Part shown: one piece after another, positions 27,901-39,150 of the stretch | How the letters are laid out: every line of letters starts with the position of its first letter | Numbering within the stretch: position 1 is the first letter of the stretch | Assembly: GCA_043228905.1 (NCBI GenBank) | Contig: JBHGNT010000013.1 | Coordinates: forward strand, 17,608,001 to 17,672,000 | Origin: Azolla caroliniana | Lineage: Eukaryota; Plantae; Polypodiophyta | DNA length: 64,000 nt | Reading direction: 5' to 3' | Translations under genes and position numbers: made by a program | The notes under the pieces: generated by a model | Told to the model about the DNA's origin: nothing | What the model saw: the letters and a program-made list of their open reading frames with translations, nothing else | Database searches by the model: none

Positions 27901-30197
27901 GAAAGACCACTTGTAATGATGCTATCCCACTCGGTTGGAAACCGTGCCACCATGTGCCATTATCCAAGCTGTGTTCACGATGGTTTTGTTTTTATTCATC
28001 AGATGTGGAACACACACACACGATAAGTATGGCAGAGTCACCTTTGATTCCAAAAAGGAATTGGCAGCTGCTAAAGAAGCGCCAAGAGTTTGGCACACAC
28101 AAGTGACTACATGGTACATGGGCTTTGATTCACAGACACTACTATTATTCCAATATAGCATGGGAAACCCTTTTTACTCACCTTCCAATCATCAGCAGAA
28201 TAAAGTGATTACACAAGATATTATTATATTGGGTACCTAAAGAAAATGGTGGTCTATAGAGATTATTTTCTGACATCGACAAATGATGGCTTTAGTTTGA
28301 CCAAGTTACATGCCCACATGCATACATCATTATATCAGCTTTGAGAGGATATGGCTAGATATCTTCATCTCGGACACAAGCTAGTTGACTCTGAGAGCAT
28401 CATATTCCGTTGAGTCGAAGATAGAGGCGCACTAGACATGCAGATGCAGCCTACCAAGATCAGAGACAAATACACCAACCTGCTCTATGACCAGCCCACC
28501 TTCATAGAGCTTATGAAGCTCCAGACAATACAGTTGGAACTCTTCCTAATAAAGTTCTGCAGACATCAGGAGTTATGACTACAACAGAAAACACCAGGCA
28601 CTGCACTGATTAGCCTTGGACTACAGCTCTCTGTGCCTTTCAAATACTTGTTCATTAGTATTCTCAAATCCATCTACAACAGATATTGTGAACATGAAAC
28701 CAGCTCAAGAGAGCCACAGAGGTTTACACAATTATGCTGCCCATGAACTAAGAGAAGATTGAGAGTCACATTACAGTCAGATTCCATCAATCATCACTCA
28801 CTTTTGAGAACTTCTTTCATGATCCTTTAATGATGAGGCAGAGATATTTAACATGACACAGAGGCTCACATGAGATATATCGGGATGCTCTAGAATTACT
28901 ACTCTCGAGTTGCATTCTGTATCACAGAGGTTTCTATATTCTTGTCAGTATCTACAACAAGAGTAGCTTTTTCATTTACTTACTAGATTATTTTGTAATT
29001 TATAGTTCAGATCACAGAGCTTTGAAAGATATCATATGATATCATGATTGTAGGGTTGGTCTCATGGCTATTTTGGTCTAGTTATATTAATTAAAAATGT
29101 CTTTCTTATTTTTTCTTTCTGTCAATAGCCAGCTGATCCTGTGAGTTAGTCTTCCATATATTATTAGTAAAATACCCCATTGGAAAATATCATAATGTGG
29201 AGTTAAAAACCAAAAGATTTTACTGGTTAACCGCTAAGTTAGGAATGAAATTATACGTCACTTCTGAAAGAATTAACATTAATCTCACTATGGTTAAGGA
29301 CTATTTCATGAGTTCTTTTTAAGTACACGTATGTCCCGCTTGCATATACAGTATTTCAAAGAAGTTATAGGATTATTAAATTTGTGCATGACATCATGTC
29401 AAATACTCCCAACATACAAGCTAGTCCACTTGCATTTGCACTATCTCCATGGTGATTGCTTCAAGGAATTTCCATTTCTTCAAATTGGAATAATTTACAT
29501 TTCCTTGGTCATGGCTACTCGAAAGAATTTGAAGGAATTTCCTTTTCTTTGGTGATGGTTACTTGAAAGCATTTCTATTTCATCAGTGATGGTTACTTGG
29601 AAGAATTATCGTCTATTCACTGCTGGTTACTGCAAAGAAATTACATTTCTTTGGTGATGATTACATCCGAAAAAATCATCTCGTCACTGATGATTTTACC
29701 AAAGAAACTGCATGTCTTTGGTACAATTAATTCAAATAATTTTTCATTCTTCTCTGATTTAATGATCATAAATTCACAAGGTGATGCTAAATTAAAAGAA
29801 TTCCTATTTTTTGGCCATTTTCAATAGCTCTAATGGTGAAAAGAATCAATGAATCCAAATACCTGGGATGCAAAACGATTGTGAGGTCATGGATTTCCAA
29901 GGAGAGTCCAGGTTTACGGAAGAGAGAAGCTGTAATCTTAAAATGGCGAAGAATCAAATCATGCAGGACGACAGGGCTAGAAGAGATGAGAGGTGAATCG
30001 TTGATGGCGGCGCAGTCAAAGTGAAGAAGAGGAGAAAGCTCCAAGACGAGCTGGAAGGACCTGACAATGAAGTTGAGGGAAAAATACGAAGAAGACGATG
30101 ATGAAGAAGAAGAAGGAGACGATGCATCGAAAGCATCGTTCTTCCGGAGAATCCATGGATTCAGGAACGACGCGATGGTGTTACGCAGGAAATTCAT
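152..30197 (-). CDS. VPS13: VPS13-family lipid-transfer protein (plant VPS13X/At3g50380-like); 5' about 2300 codons, gene continues beyond the left edge
   Basis: Hand-spliced exons (minus): 29863-30197, 27275-27362, 24509-26886, 13549-13663, 10664-11458, 10216-10573, 9693-10147, 9208-9337, 8986-9110, 8200-8837, 7152-7266, 6944-7060, 3719-3822, 3463-3620, 3333-3388, 3032-3242, 505-957, 152-420. All introns are GT-AG with matching phases; total 6900 nt. Peptides such as ALDPQG, PDGCIVAVKDV..HYSLVGEQALFKVKY, VENQTGLEL, PGPILVVDVS and GNYLLSIRP resemble plant VPS13X as I recall it. Confidence 0.88.
1363..1846. mobile_element. MITE / non-autonomous DNA transposon, probably hAT-derived
   Basis: Imperfect terminal inverted repeats (TAACAATC..GGTTTAGTTT / AAACCGAACC..GATTGCTA) and many subterminal AAAC(C/T)GAACC motifs; no clean TSD. 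Confidence 0.6.
1920..2240 (-). mobile_element. 3'-end fragment of the intron-3 LINE family
   Basis: Matches 18780-19110 (GAAAGATATATTAA..GGCCAAAATGGCC..GAGATTACATC..). Confidence 0.75.
3032..3822 (-). CDS. VPS13: VPS13-like exons 13-16 (3719-3822, 3463-3620, 3333-3388, 3032-3242)
   Basis: VENQTGLELCCTF..., ...SPGPILVVDVSNESQ|NGILMTVSPMVRIYNASGLVLELR (VAB-repeat-like motifs); in phase. Confidence 0.82.
4750..5530 (+). mobile_element. Decayed LINE fragment (ORF1 end plus AP-endonuclease start)
   Basis: Degenerate matches to HRKENMPRVLD, IAMYTETHQC and GSGGVAML of the 18999-23420 element. Confidence 0.65.
5600..6500 (-). mobile_element. LINE 3' fragment (ORF2 C-terminal Cys/His region plus 3' end)
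   Basis: IGQLRTSSHQLEIEVGRY..QLC..EDHYVC peptides in ORFs 6137..6355 and 5878..6165, homologous to 18999-19700. Confidence 0.85.
6550..6890. repeat. Diverged tandem repeat, about 111-118 bp x 3
   Basis: AATTACAGACTT recurs at about 6552, 6663 and 6779 with similar downstream sequence. Confidence 0.75.
6944..7266 (-). CDS. VPS13: VPS13-like exons 11 (7152-7266) and 12 (6944-7060)
   Basis: WSMVIQPIDTEIFY... and VDAVISDYSLDMILFIIGELNISGPY...; GT-AG, in phase. Confidence 0.8.
8200..8837 (-). CDS. VPS13: VPS13-like exon 10
   Basis: ORF 8175..8816 frame, starting VKYSKH after TTTCTAG|. Confidence 0.88.
8986..9337 (-). CDS. VPS13: VPS13-like exons 8 (9208-9337) and 9 (8986-9110)
   Basis: Splice to ...EIPDG|CIVAVKDVYEHLYLAVE...HYSLVGEQALFK. 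Confidence 0.8.
9693..10147 (-). CDS. VPS13: VPS13-like exon 7
   Basis: ORF 9678..10160 frame; phase-consistent splice sites. Confidence 0.85.
10216..10573 (-). CDS. VPS13: VPS13-like exon 6
   Basis: ORF 10208..10567 frame; CACAG| acceptor and AAAG|GTATT donor. Confidence 0.8.
10664..11458 (-). CDS. VPS13: VPS13-like exon 5
   Basis: Open frame that includes ORF 10634..11377; GT-AG bounded. Confidence 0.85.
11638..12100. repeat. Near-identical 156-bp tandem repeat x about 3
   Basis: AGAGATTCAAC starts at 11641, 11797 and 11953. Confidence 0.95.
12960..13450 (+). mobile_element. Decayed LINE AP-endonuclease fragment with local duplications
   Basis: Degenerate DIAMYTETHQC..GSTRGSGGVA match; GCATTTAT(A/G)TACAA recurs at about 13122, 13300 and 13436. 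Confidence 0.55.
13549..13663 (-). CDS. VPS13: VPS13-like exon 4
   Basis: TTGCAG| ... CAG|GTATG; phase 2 to 0 joins exons 3 and 5. Confidence 0.8.
14270..14516 (-). mobile_element. Two LINE 3'-end fragments
   Basis: AAAGATATATTAAC..TTTTAAGAGG motif at about 14281 and 14495. Confidence 0.7.
14517..16262 (-). mobile_element. Penelope-like retroelement, copy A (RT, degenerate, 3'-truncated)
   Basis: IHNLSSYSL..LLGLRLNFIP, FTFDVELLYPSIP, YLEF..QQIHGTEMGSNFAIVYACLFL, FKRYMDD: PLE-type RT motif series with frameshifts and deletions. Confidence 0.85.
16291..17805 (+). mobile_element. Penelope-like retroelement, copy B (RT, truncated before YMDD)
   Basis: PADKNLGLVVLD, LYFLPKLHK..GRPICS, FDVESLYPSIP, TAMGSNFAIVYACLFL; inverted homologue of copy A. 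Confidence 0.88.
17806..18766 (-). mobile_element. Older decayed LINE copy, left part (ORF2 linker/RT start)
   Basis: Colinear with about 20900-21900 of the younger element. Confidence 0.8.
18999..22664 (-). pseudogene. LINE ORF2 (AP endonuclease-RT) with two in-frame stops
   Basis: WNCNG, GDFNA and DH motifs (APE); QAGFR, FVDFRKAFD, GCPLSP and YADD (RT). TAA at 20223-20225 and TAG at about 20208-20210 look like CAA/CAG C-to-T changes; the frame continues into ORF 18999..20093. Confidence 0.9.
22671..23420 (-). CDS. LINE ORF1 (coiled coil plus RRM/CTD-like), N-terminally truncated
   Basis: Heptad-like helical region, then VRVVGWAE..RVG..ALIIRF..IYLDDDLT; ends 6 bp before the ORF2 ATG. Confidence 0.8.
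   Translation of the reverse strand, partial: KAELLEEMRKDIISHVKKSHLELKDDMTQYLKDEISSSKVELGAIKVDFEKGQEAVERYIFTVKANVTNEMQTWADIAKDAKAQAEHAQNEIKANAPWIEVVKKQKGTSMDRMAMMNATLEEEAKRKARALHVRVVGWAEKGSPQEDAKNLATKIGASDIPFASAWRVGRDESRAKALIIRFMDIDKKKAFLSKRKALKGEKIYLDDDLTPAQVAHRKENMPRVLDARKEGKWAVCRDGKVIITEKRTA
23421..23780 (-). mobile_element. Older decayed LINE copy, right part (APE region)
   Basis: Colinear with about 21900-22250, so it continues the 17806-18766 copy. Confidence 0.78.
24509..26886 (-). CDS. VPS13: VPS13-like exon 3 (about 2.4 kb)
   Basis: 804-aa ORF 24478..26892 trimmed to CAG|GGG acceptor and AG|GTAC donor. Confidence 0.9.
27275..27362 (-). CDS. VPS13: VPS13-like exon 2
   Basis: TTTAG| ... 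CAG|GT; reads PFGDSFWYTREENNIEAKKRNAIFALDPQ in phase with exons 1 and 3. Confidence 0.8.
29450..29780. repeat. Degenerate minisatellite of about 33-34 bp in VPS13 intron 1
   Basis: (G/C)TG(A/C)TG(G/A)TTAC recurs at about 29551, 29586, 29620, 29653 and 29687. Confidence 0.6.
29863..30197 (-). CDS. VPS13: VPS13-like exon 1 (ATG; chorein-N-like start)
   Basis: ATG at 30195-30197, MNFLRNTIASFLNPW..., donor CAG|GTATT. Confidence 0.8.
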
Positions 30198-31843
30198 CGT
30201 TCCATTCTATCTTCGCCTCCTTCCTTCTTCTTCTTCTTCTTCTCTTATACTGAGAAAAAAAAACACACTAAATAAACAAAATCCAAGAAAATGAGAATCT
30301 CATCGATACCCCCTCCTCCTTCCACAACTTTTGTTTATTTCCCATAATGCCCCTGGGGCCATGTTTATAATAATAGCTAGAAACTTGTGGTGAAATGTCT
30401 CTCCTTGGGGCCACAACTCTCGCTCTTTTGTTCTTCTTGTGCTTGAAACGAATCCTTCTCGCCCATAGTCGGTCATTCCAGGAGAATCGAATCGCACTGA
30501 CACCACCTCCCCTCGCGCACGTTGCCGCCACTAATACTAGCTCCCGTCTCACCCCCCAGATTTGAGGAACCCTTCAGGCCATCCCTTCGTCGGACGCTTG
30601 TTTCGCGGCTAACATGAAAATTGCTCGTTCAATTGATTACTTGTAACGAAGGGCATCATGACCTTGCTCACGTACAGAACAACACTCTTCGTTTGCCTTG
30701 CCCAATTTGTGGAAAAAGCCTAGACTAGTTGTCGCTTGCAAAGTGTGGAAAGAAATCTAATTTAATCAATTCAGTCGATAAAAACCCCCACATGCCCCTT
30801 GCACCTTTCCTCGTTTCACATGATGGTGTTGGTGAAGTTTTCATACCTTTTTTTATCTTAATCTTCCTCTATCGTCACCTTTTGTTTATCTTCTCCTATG
30901 CCTCTTGATAAACCCTCACACTTTTGGCTTGTTTGTTTGTTTGTTCTTCTTCTTGATGAACTAGGGAAATCAATAAATTAGAAAATTTCCAAAATACCCC
31001 TCATATTTTCTATGTATACCCTCGAGACACGTCTCCCTAAGTTATTGATTTCTCAATCCAATCAAAACAATCTCTTTCACATCATATTCTTTCAATTTTT
31101 GAGTTTCGCTTCTTCATGATGATTATATGACCATTGGATAGTCTTTTTTTTTTTCATGTTCGAGTTTCTTTTTTCTATGATTCTTATATGGCCACTGATT
31201 CCATGTCTTGGGATGTTTTAAAAGTCTCACCCCCAATATCTTAAAATTTTGAAATCTATTAAAACATTCATCGCTTTTTCCTCCCTAAGACAAACAATAC
31301 CACCTCCCTCAACATATGAGATTCTTCTATTTTCTTCATCCTCCACATATGTTGGGCATAAGTTTTGTTTCCTGCAAGTATGCATTTGAACCACGTCCCA
31401 CTTAAGATTTAATATCGTTTATCTAAAAATGCTTGAAACCTACTATATATATTTTTCGACTCCATTAAACCATTCCTTTTTCAATGTTTAAGTTCTTTCT
31501 TCTTGAGTTGTATAGAGCAATTTTTCATTTTCATACCAACATACCCTAAACCTTTCACCCATGTCCCACAAAGGTTTTGAAGGTTTATCTTGAATTCTTA
31601 AATTCTATTAAAATGTCTCTTGACAAAACATTATCTATGTGTGACCATGGCCTACGAAGGCAAATATATATATATGCTACATCCAAGGTTGTCTTTTAGC
31701 CACGTCCCTCTACTACGTGATCGTTGTTTTTGTCTATTAAAATACTCTATCAATGATTGAAGTTAGGAAACCATGGTTTGTCAAAGGATCTCCAATGTTC
31801 AACTTTGACAACGTGATTTTATTGTTTGATGCAACCACTCATG

Positions 31844-32234
31844 CATAGTTGTTAAAAAATGTGTATTCTACGTTTAGAGTATGTTTTAGAATACTTTGAA
31901 GTATTCTACACGTATTCTACGTTTTAGAACTGCCGTTTTTTAAAATTTGACGTATTCTACGTATTCTAAAAATTTGACGTATTCAACGTATTTAACAAGT
32001 ATTTATCATTTCAAAAATTATTTTCTTTTTTTTGAAAAAAAAACTTTAAATTTTAAGAAGTTTTTAACGTGTTTTACAAGTATTCTACACGTATTCTAAG
32101 TATTTAACATATTTAACTTACTTTATCTATAAAATACGTATTCTAAGTATTTAAAAAAATAAATTTAGAATACTTGTAGAATACTTAGAATACGTATTGT
32201 ACGCGTATTTTATGCTAAGTATTTTACAACAATG
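31844..32234. mobile_element. AT-rich MITE-like element
   Basis: Inverted ends CATAGTTGTTAAAA / ATTTTACAACAATG; internal GTATTCTA repeats that flip to TAGAATAC at the right end; ACTCATGCATA is repeated at both flanks. Confidence 0.6.
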
Positions 32235-32899
32235 CGTGACTCATGCATAACCTCCTTTTATATTTATGAGAACGTTTAGATTATGTATGCATTATGGAGG
32301 AATTTGTGAATATCCCCTATATACTTACACCATATAACCTAGGTGCATCTAACAAGGCCACCATGTAGAAGCTTGTCACAATGACCCACAAACCAACATT
32401 AAGACCATCATCATCTTGCAAAAGAAAATTTTGCAAAGTGAAATATTAAGGAGCAAGAGGTTAATGATATCAATCTCTAAAAAATACATTGTAATGAGCA
32501 CAACATGAAACATGTTTAAGTTTAAGAATTACAATAAGATACTAGAGAATGTATAAAAAACTATATATGCAAGATTTAATAGGAAGAGATGTTTAAAGTT
32601 TCTTATACGATGCATGCAAGCATATTTTGTTTATACAATGTGCTTGAGTACATAATGTATTTTTTTATGTTGACTCAAACAACAATACGGTTAGGGGTAC
32701 CTATTTGGGAATATATAAGGGGGTTCATTTAATGATTTAGTCTTAGATAATAGAACTAATAGATAGTCAACAACTTTTATGCTTAATATCAATATGACAA
32801 TCCATTCCATGAAGAATGTAAAACCTAAGTGGAAATTTGAAATGAAGATATTGCAAATGACCATCTAATTACTTGAACTTCACGAGTAGAAGTGTTGAA

Positions 32900-33700
32900 G
32901 CACTTGTGTTCCTTTTGTTCAAGTAACCCATAAAAATGCACTTTTTAGGCTTGAGCTTGGTCAATTCCTCATCTAGGTCTACACATGTGCAATGCTATTG
33001 AACAAATTGCAATATCAGAGGTTCAACTTCCTTCCATGGAAATAGGTGTGTAAGGTCACATTGTGGTCAAGCACCAATTCACAAGGAGACCATAATGATC
33101 ACCGCTTTTGCCCAACATAAATGTAGTATATTCTTTTCATTGATCACTGTGAAAGGTGCCTCCATAACGTGACAATTATTTCATCCCGCTACTCCATTTT
33201 GTTGCAGTGCATACCAACACATAAATTGTCATCATGCTCCCAATTGTTGGAGATATGTTGTGAATTCATCACAAAAGCATTCTCCGCCACCATCAGATCA
33301 AAGACATCAAATCTTCCAACCAGTCTCTTTGTCCATTAGACTATTGAACTTATGGAAGTGAGTACATAAATACTTCACACTTGGCATGCATCGAGGTAGG
33401 CCCATGTGTGTCGAGAGTGGACATTGATAAAGCTACATGTTTTCATTTGTGCCTAACCCCATACATCTAAATGAATGACATGTAGCATACCACCACACAC
33501 ATTTTAATCCGTTGGAAATGGATGTTGATGTTGCTTTCCAAATAGCACACTTCACAAATACCATTGATCTCATTGTGCTTGAAGTTTGGGTGTTTGCGCA
33601 CAATTCCTCTTGTTTGAATCGTTCACAACTTTTGTAAGTTGATAGGGCTAATTTGTTAGTGCCATATTTCAACTTTTGCAACTTTTATAAATCGATGTTG
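32900..33700 (-). mobile_element. Decayed Ty1/copia GAG-pre-integrase/integrase relic
   Basis: Degenerate ..CL.SDGGGE..DEF and QQNGVA motifs plus an upstream CAICxxGK-like region; many stops. Confidence 0.65.
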
Positions 33701-33746
33701 TCGCTTCGATGTTAATCATCGGCTGGACTTAGCCACAAACACAAGG

Positions 33747-34180
33747 TGTCCGTACCGGAACACTTCTCCAAAGGCGTGGTTAGGATATGGATGTTATCCG
33801 GTGTTATCTAATTCCGATCCGACTATTTTCGAATACCTTCCGGATTACTTAATACGCAACCGATTACTTCTTAACACGCGTAAGATTAATAGTTAAGCAC
33901 AAAAAGGCAAGTACACCAAGACACAATAGAATTAAGAACAAACGCTAAACTTGTATTACTTTCGTTAATCATTTACATCGTTTCTAGATCCTTTTATAAG
34001 CATTCGGTAGGGATTACAAAATGGTGCCTTACCAGCTACCGGCTATCAATCGGCGCGGATTCGGATCAGTACAACTATCCGCATCCGTCCATTCGTATAA
34101 TATTACTTAACTTATAATTATGCTACCGCTTATATTATTATACTCCGACTCATCCCCGTCCATATTACTTGTCCATAACA
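33747..34180 (-). mobile_element. Candidate solo LTR inserted in the copia relic
   Basis: TGTTATGGAC...CGGACA ends on minus, TATA-like TTATAAAAG, CpG-rich relative to flanks; no TSD seen. Confidence 0.5.
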
Positions 34181-35293
34181 TACTTCTAGGCCAACATTAG
34201 ACAAACATATAAAAAACTTTCGCATATTTTCATCAAGGATATACATTTTCCCTTATCCTTGAGGTCTTCAATGAACCAATCATGATTATTGAATCAGACT
34301 TGCAAGCGTTGTTCCACCATATGTCTGACCAATACTAAGCTCTAGGAGACATCGAAGGTACGCGAACATGAAAGTATCCCGCTCATGGATTACTAATCTA
34401 TGAACAAAAACTTAGAGGTAGGTTATTATCTAGAAAGTGGGGAATGATATTGTATGTGAATTGATTAATGCTTATGGCTAAAATCCAATGATATCCCATC
34501 CTTTGAAATGAGTTATGATTATGTAGTGAATTGAGTGCATATGTTTGCTATTGTTTGATGAGATGCATCCCATTTGAGTTGAACTTGAGACTTTGGTTAA
34601 TAGTATATGAACACTAAATAATCTAGTGCACATCGAGGATCTCCACCAACTCCTCTACGTCCTTTGTAAACCAAGAACCTATAATGGGTGCCTTACTTGG
34701 TCCAACCTTGCATCCCTCGTAGTTTATGTCCTTACAGTTTACCTAGCCGAGGATGATGTGACATCTCATATTGGACATTGTGGTACCCCTGATGTTGCAA
34801 TTATCGTAGACTTCGCCACACCTTAATGCATTGGTTTTCACTCAATTATGTGTCATGGATAGAGTCTAGAATGTGACATTATGGACTTGAGCTCTTGATG
34901 TATCCAATACAAAGAATCCACATCAAGTATGGGTGAATATTCATGGTATCATTGCCATAGGTGCATACAAATGAACCTTGACAAATTGGCATGTGAGAAA
35001 AGTGCTAAAAACAACTCAAGGTTGGCATAATGGTAACTCCCAAACATGGCTTCCCAAACACCCTCAAATCCACCATAAGTCAAAACCCATAAAAACGTCC
35101 AATCTATAATGTGAGAGCAAGATATGATTGGGATTAACAATTTGAGGTAGTCAAATGTCAACACAATGGCCAATATTAACACTCTACACAGTGGTTCAAC
35201 ATAAACATAAGTTAGTGGACGAGTTTGTATGTTTGTCTGTGCTAGAACCTTAAAGGATTTTTTTACTTGGAATCCTTGAATCACATAATTGAG

Positions 35294-36843
35294 CCTCTTG
35301 ACTGTACTAATATTCTATTTTCTAAGACAATAGTTTTGGGAAGAGAAGATTTTTTATTTATAAGAAAACATATCCTTCCATTAGTTTTAAAAAGCATATC
35401 AGCTACAAAATACAAAATGATGGAAAGGAAGTGATTATCCTTTCCCAACCCATCTTGTGTAAGACAATAGCTAGCCATGAATCCTTCGTTTGATAGACTT
35501 GATTGAACACTTCCTCAATAGTTAAAACATACCATGAATTTGCATATGTTCTAACCAAATCAATCTTCCTCATCATGTTCATATTCAACATATCCAAATA
35601 CCACCTTTGGGTCATCACATGCATCCAATATACCACCACATTTACAATGACCAAGCATACTCTATTTTCCATATTCAACGTAAAACTCAAGCAAAGCATT
35701 ATGGTATAGAGGTCATTTTGTATGCCTTGATCCATGATTCCAACATGTATGAACATGCCTTCAAGTAAAGCCATGTGATCAACACCCACCTTAAGGGATC
35801 TCAACCCATCAAACAGTTTATATGCACCTGATAAACTTCCACATGTTGCATACAAATCAACAGTGCTTCTAATGAGCATATTCAAGTTGATACCTAGTTG
35901 AGCGATGACAATATGGATTTCTTTTCCTTTCTTTGAACTCGGATGTGTTCGAACATGAAAATCACATCTTGAATGCAAGATTTGAAGAACAATGACACCA
36001 TCCATCACATAAGAAGAAACGGACTTCTTCCGAATGCATACATAAGAGCATCCCCCCCCCCCCCCCCCCCTCTTGACTGTACTAATATTCTATTTTCTAA
36101 GACAATAGTTTTGGGAAGAGAAGATTTTTTATTTATAAGAAAACATATCCTTCCATTAGTTTTAAAAAGCATATCAGCTACAAAATACAAAATGATGGAA
36201 AGGAAGTGATTATCCTTCCCCAACCCATCTTGTGTAAGACAATAGCTAGCCATGAATCCTTCGTTTGATAGACTTGATTGAACACTTCCTCAATAGTTAA
36301 AACATACCATGAATTTGCATATGTTCTAACCAAATCAATCTTCCTCATCATGTTCATATTCAACATATCCAAATACCACCTTTGGGTCATCACATGCATC
36401 CAATATACCACCACATTTACAATGACCAAGCATACTCTATTTTCCATATTCAACGTAAAACTCAAGCAAAGCATTATGGTATAGAGGTCATTTTGTATGC
36501 CTTGATCCATGATTCCAACATGTATGAACATGCCTTCAAGTAAAGCCATGTGATCAACACCCACCTTAAGGGATCTCAGCCCATCAAACAGTTTATATGC
36601 ACCTGATAAACTTCCACATGTTGCATACAAATCAACAGTGCTTCTAATGAGCATATTCAACTTGATACCTAGTTGAGCGATGACAATATGGATTTCTTTT
36701 CCTTTCTTTGAACTCGGATGTGTTCGAACATGAAAATCACATCTTGAATGCAAGATTTGAAGAACAATGACACCATCCATCACATAAGAAGAAACGGACT
36801 TCTTCCGAATGCATACATAAGAGCATCCCCCCCCCCCCCCCCC
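35294..36843. repeat. 775-bp near-identical tandem duplication ending in poly-C, plus a partial third copy at 36967-37078
   Basis: CTCTTGACTGTACT at 35295 and 36070; only about 3 substitutions seen. Confidence 0.95.
35390..36720 (-). pseudogene. Two PLS-type PPR pseudogene fragments (in the tandem units)
   Basis: GKEIHIVIAQLG..STVDLYATCGSLSGAYKLFDGL and GMFIHVGIMDQGIQND motifs; frameshifted. Confidence 0.7.
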
Positions 36844-37089
36844 TACCTGTTTTAATGACTCCATCCATCTCATAAGAAGAAATGGGATTCTGCATACATA
36901 TCATTTAGCATATTAGTGATTACAAGATCAAGTTCCAAACCCTTTAACTTTCGTTTAACTCAGAGGTGTTCGAACATGAAAATCACATCTTGAATGCAAG
37001 ATTTGAAGAACAATGACACCATCCATCATATAAGAAGAAATAGACTTCTTCCAAAGGCATACATAAGACATCCCCCCCCAATCACAATT

Positions 37090-37909
37090 TGTGATTAATC
37101 AATGGGAGAGAGAAAGAAAAAAATGACAATGGAAAATGGAAAATCCACACTAGGGTCGACTAATTGAGATTTAATAACATAAATCTATATATAAAATGAT
37201 AACAAAAAATGAGATTGTTAGTTATTGGAGGTGGTGTTTTTTCCTCACCTTCTTAGCCTAAGCGTAGCTATGGGTAACAAAAGTTCCGAGCAATGGTTAA
37301 AATCCTTAGCGACAATGCCAAAGATGTAAAATGTTTTTTGGTATCCCTATCAAAAGGTTACTTCTTACTTAGGTGTTCTTTGTGTAACAACCTTAAGGTC
37401 GGTGCATGGGGACATACCACCATATACCCTTTTGTTGGTGAGACAAGTGAGACGCTCTAAACTCGCTCTTTACTTACATGACATTAAGTAAACATCTAAA
37501 ACCTAATGGGACTTTACTACACATGAGCAACACGATGAGAATTTTCAATTTACCAACATGACTTGATCCTCATTTGTCCACACTTTAAGTACAATTTAGG
37601 AGGATACAAGGTCAAGCTCTTAATTTATACTTAAGAAGATAATTAAGGAGAGAGAAAGAAAGAGGCCTTAGCTTTAGCTCTAGAGGGTATGCTCAAATGA
37701 GGAAGAATTTGTAGTAAACACTTTATAGTTTCATTTTTATACTTCCTCTTATTTAACTAAGTTGTAACTATGTCTTTTCCAACTTGGAAGGGTCTAAAGG
37801 TTTATAAATATTATAATTATACCTTATTTACAATGTTAATCTCCCTCCCTTCCCTTGCCCTATTTCTACTAGCTACAAGGATTCATGATCTTACCCTCGA
37901 ACCCTAACA
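37090..37909 (-). mobile_element. Candidate LTR (about 820 bp)
   Basis: TGTTAGGGTTCGAG...ATTAATCACA ends on minus, TATA-like box and CT-rich tract; no TSD. Confidence 0.45.
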
Positions 37910-38609
37910 TTGGATGTGAAATTTCAGATAAATATTTAACAGTGGTTGTGACCATTGTATAAGTCAAAGTAGATAAATTGGTTCTCTGCAATCATGCTCT
38001 TCATGCCAACATGTTTTTTTTTTATGAAAAACAATTGTTGGTGATTTTAGAATGTCGGCAATGTCCCCCTTTGTGACGATATAATTTTCAATGAATTGAA
38101 CCATTGTGAGAGGCCTCGAAAATATATCTCCACCATCTTCTCTTCAATGACCTTTACTTCCATTGAGGATAGAGAATTACACAATTATTTTATCTTTAAT
38201 GTATGTTCATTAAAGGAATAGCTTTTGTTAAGTGTTATTCAACTCTTGACAGAGCATACATTTTGAAGTGGTCGTCTTTATGAAAAACTATTCTTTGGGT
38301 TTCACTATGCCTCCTTTGGTGCATTTTGATCTCACTTGTAATGAGATGCTACAAAATAATACATGATGCGTCTTGCACCTCGTTGCCACCTTATATGTCA
38401 AGATCACCTTCAATGTAACTCGATACTTTTGTCTAGGTATTTTTGCATCTTGTATTTCCATAATTTTAAATTACTTCCATCAAACTTCTCATTCATGATA
38501 GAGAAACCCATTTTTTAGTTCATCATTAATGCCAATTTCTTATGTGTCTCTCATTATCATCCTCCTTTTTTAATAATCATGAAAGATAATAGACTTCTTC
38601 CAAGCATGA

Positions 38610-39150
38610 GCTATGTGACCACGACACAATAACAATAATTGAATGTGAGCTGGTTCTTCTTGAATGGCCATGTCAAGGAACAACAAAACACAAACAACCA
38701 TATGTAACATGGGCAATATGCCAAATGTGGTTTTCTCTCAATAGCACAATAATTTTTCGATGATTTTCTTGTGAAAGATGCAATTTCATGGAATATAGTG
38801 ATTGTAGGATATGTGGAACATGGATATAGTGAGACAACACTATCCCTCTTTGAGCAAATGCAAAGACTAAGTATACCTCCAAATATTATCACACTTGTTT
38901 GCTGCCTAAAAGCATGTGGTAGCATTAGAGCTACATTAGCAGGCAATGAAATTCACAAGGACATTGTACAAAAAGCTGTTGAAAGAGATTATTTCATTGG
39001 CAAATACAATAGTACATATATATGCTAAATGTGGGTCACTCCCTGAGGCATAGATAGCATTTAACAGGTCTCTTGGAATGCATTGATTGCAGGATATGCT
39101 GAGAATGGGAAATTTGAGGAAGCGCTCAATCAATTCTATCAAATGAAAGA
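38610..39150 (+). pseudogene. PLS-type PPR pseudogene fragment
   Basis: YAKCG..DAISWNIVIVGYVEHG..LFEQMQ..PNIITLVCCLKACGS..G.EIH, YAKCGSL, WNALIAGYAENGKFEEAL; stops and a frameshift. Confidence 0.88.

Noticed and set aside
29450-29780. Regularly spaced short repeats resembling a CRISPR array (also 50586-50682 and 55705-56105)
   Set aside because: Eukaryotic context, degenerate repeats, no unique spacers and no cas genes; these are minisatellites or LTR-internal repeats.
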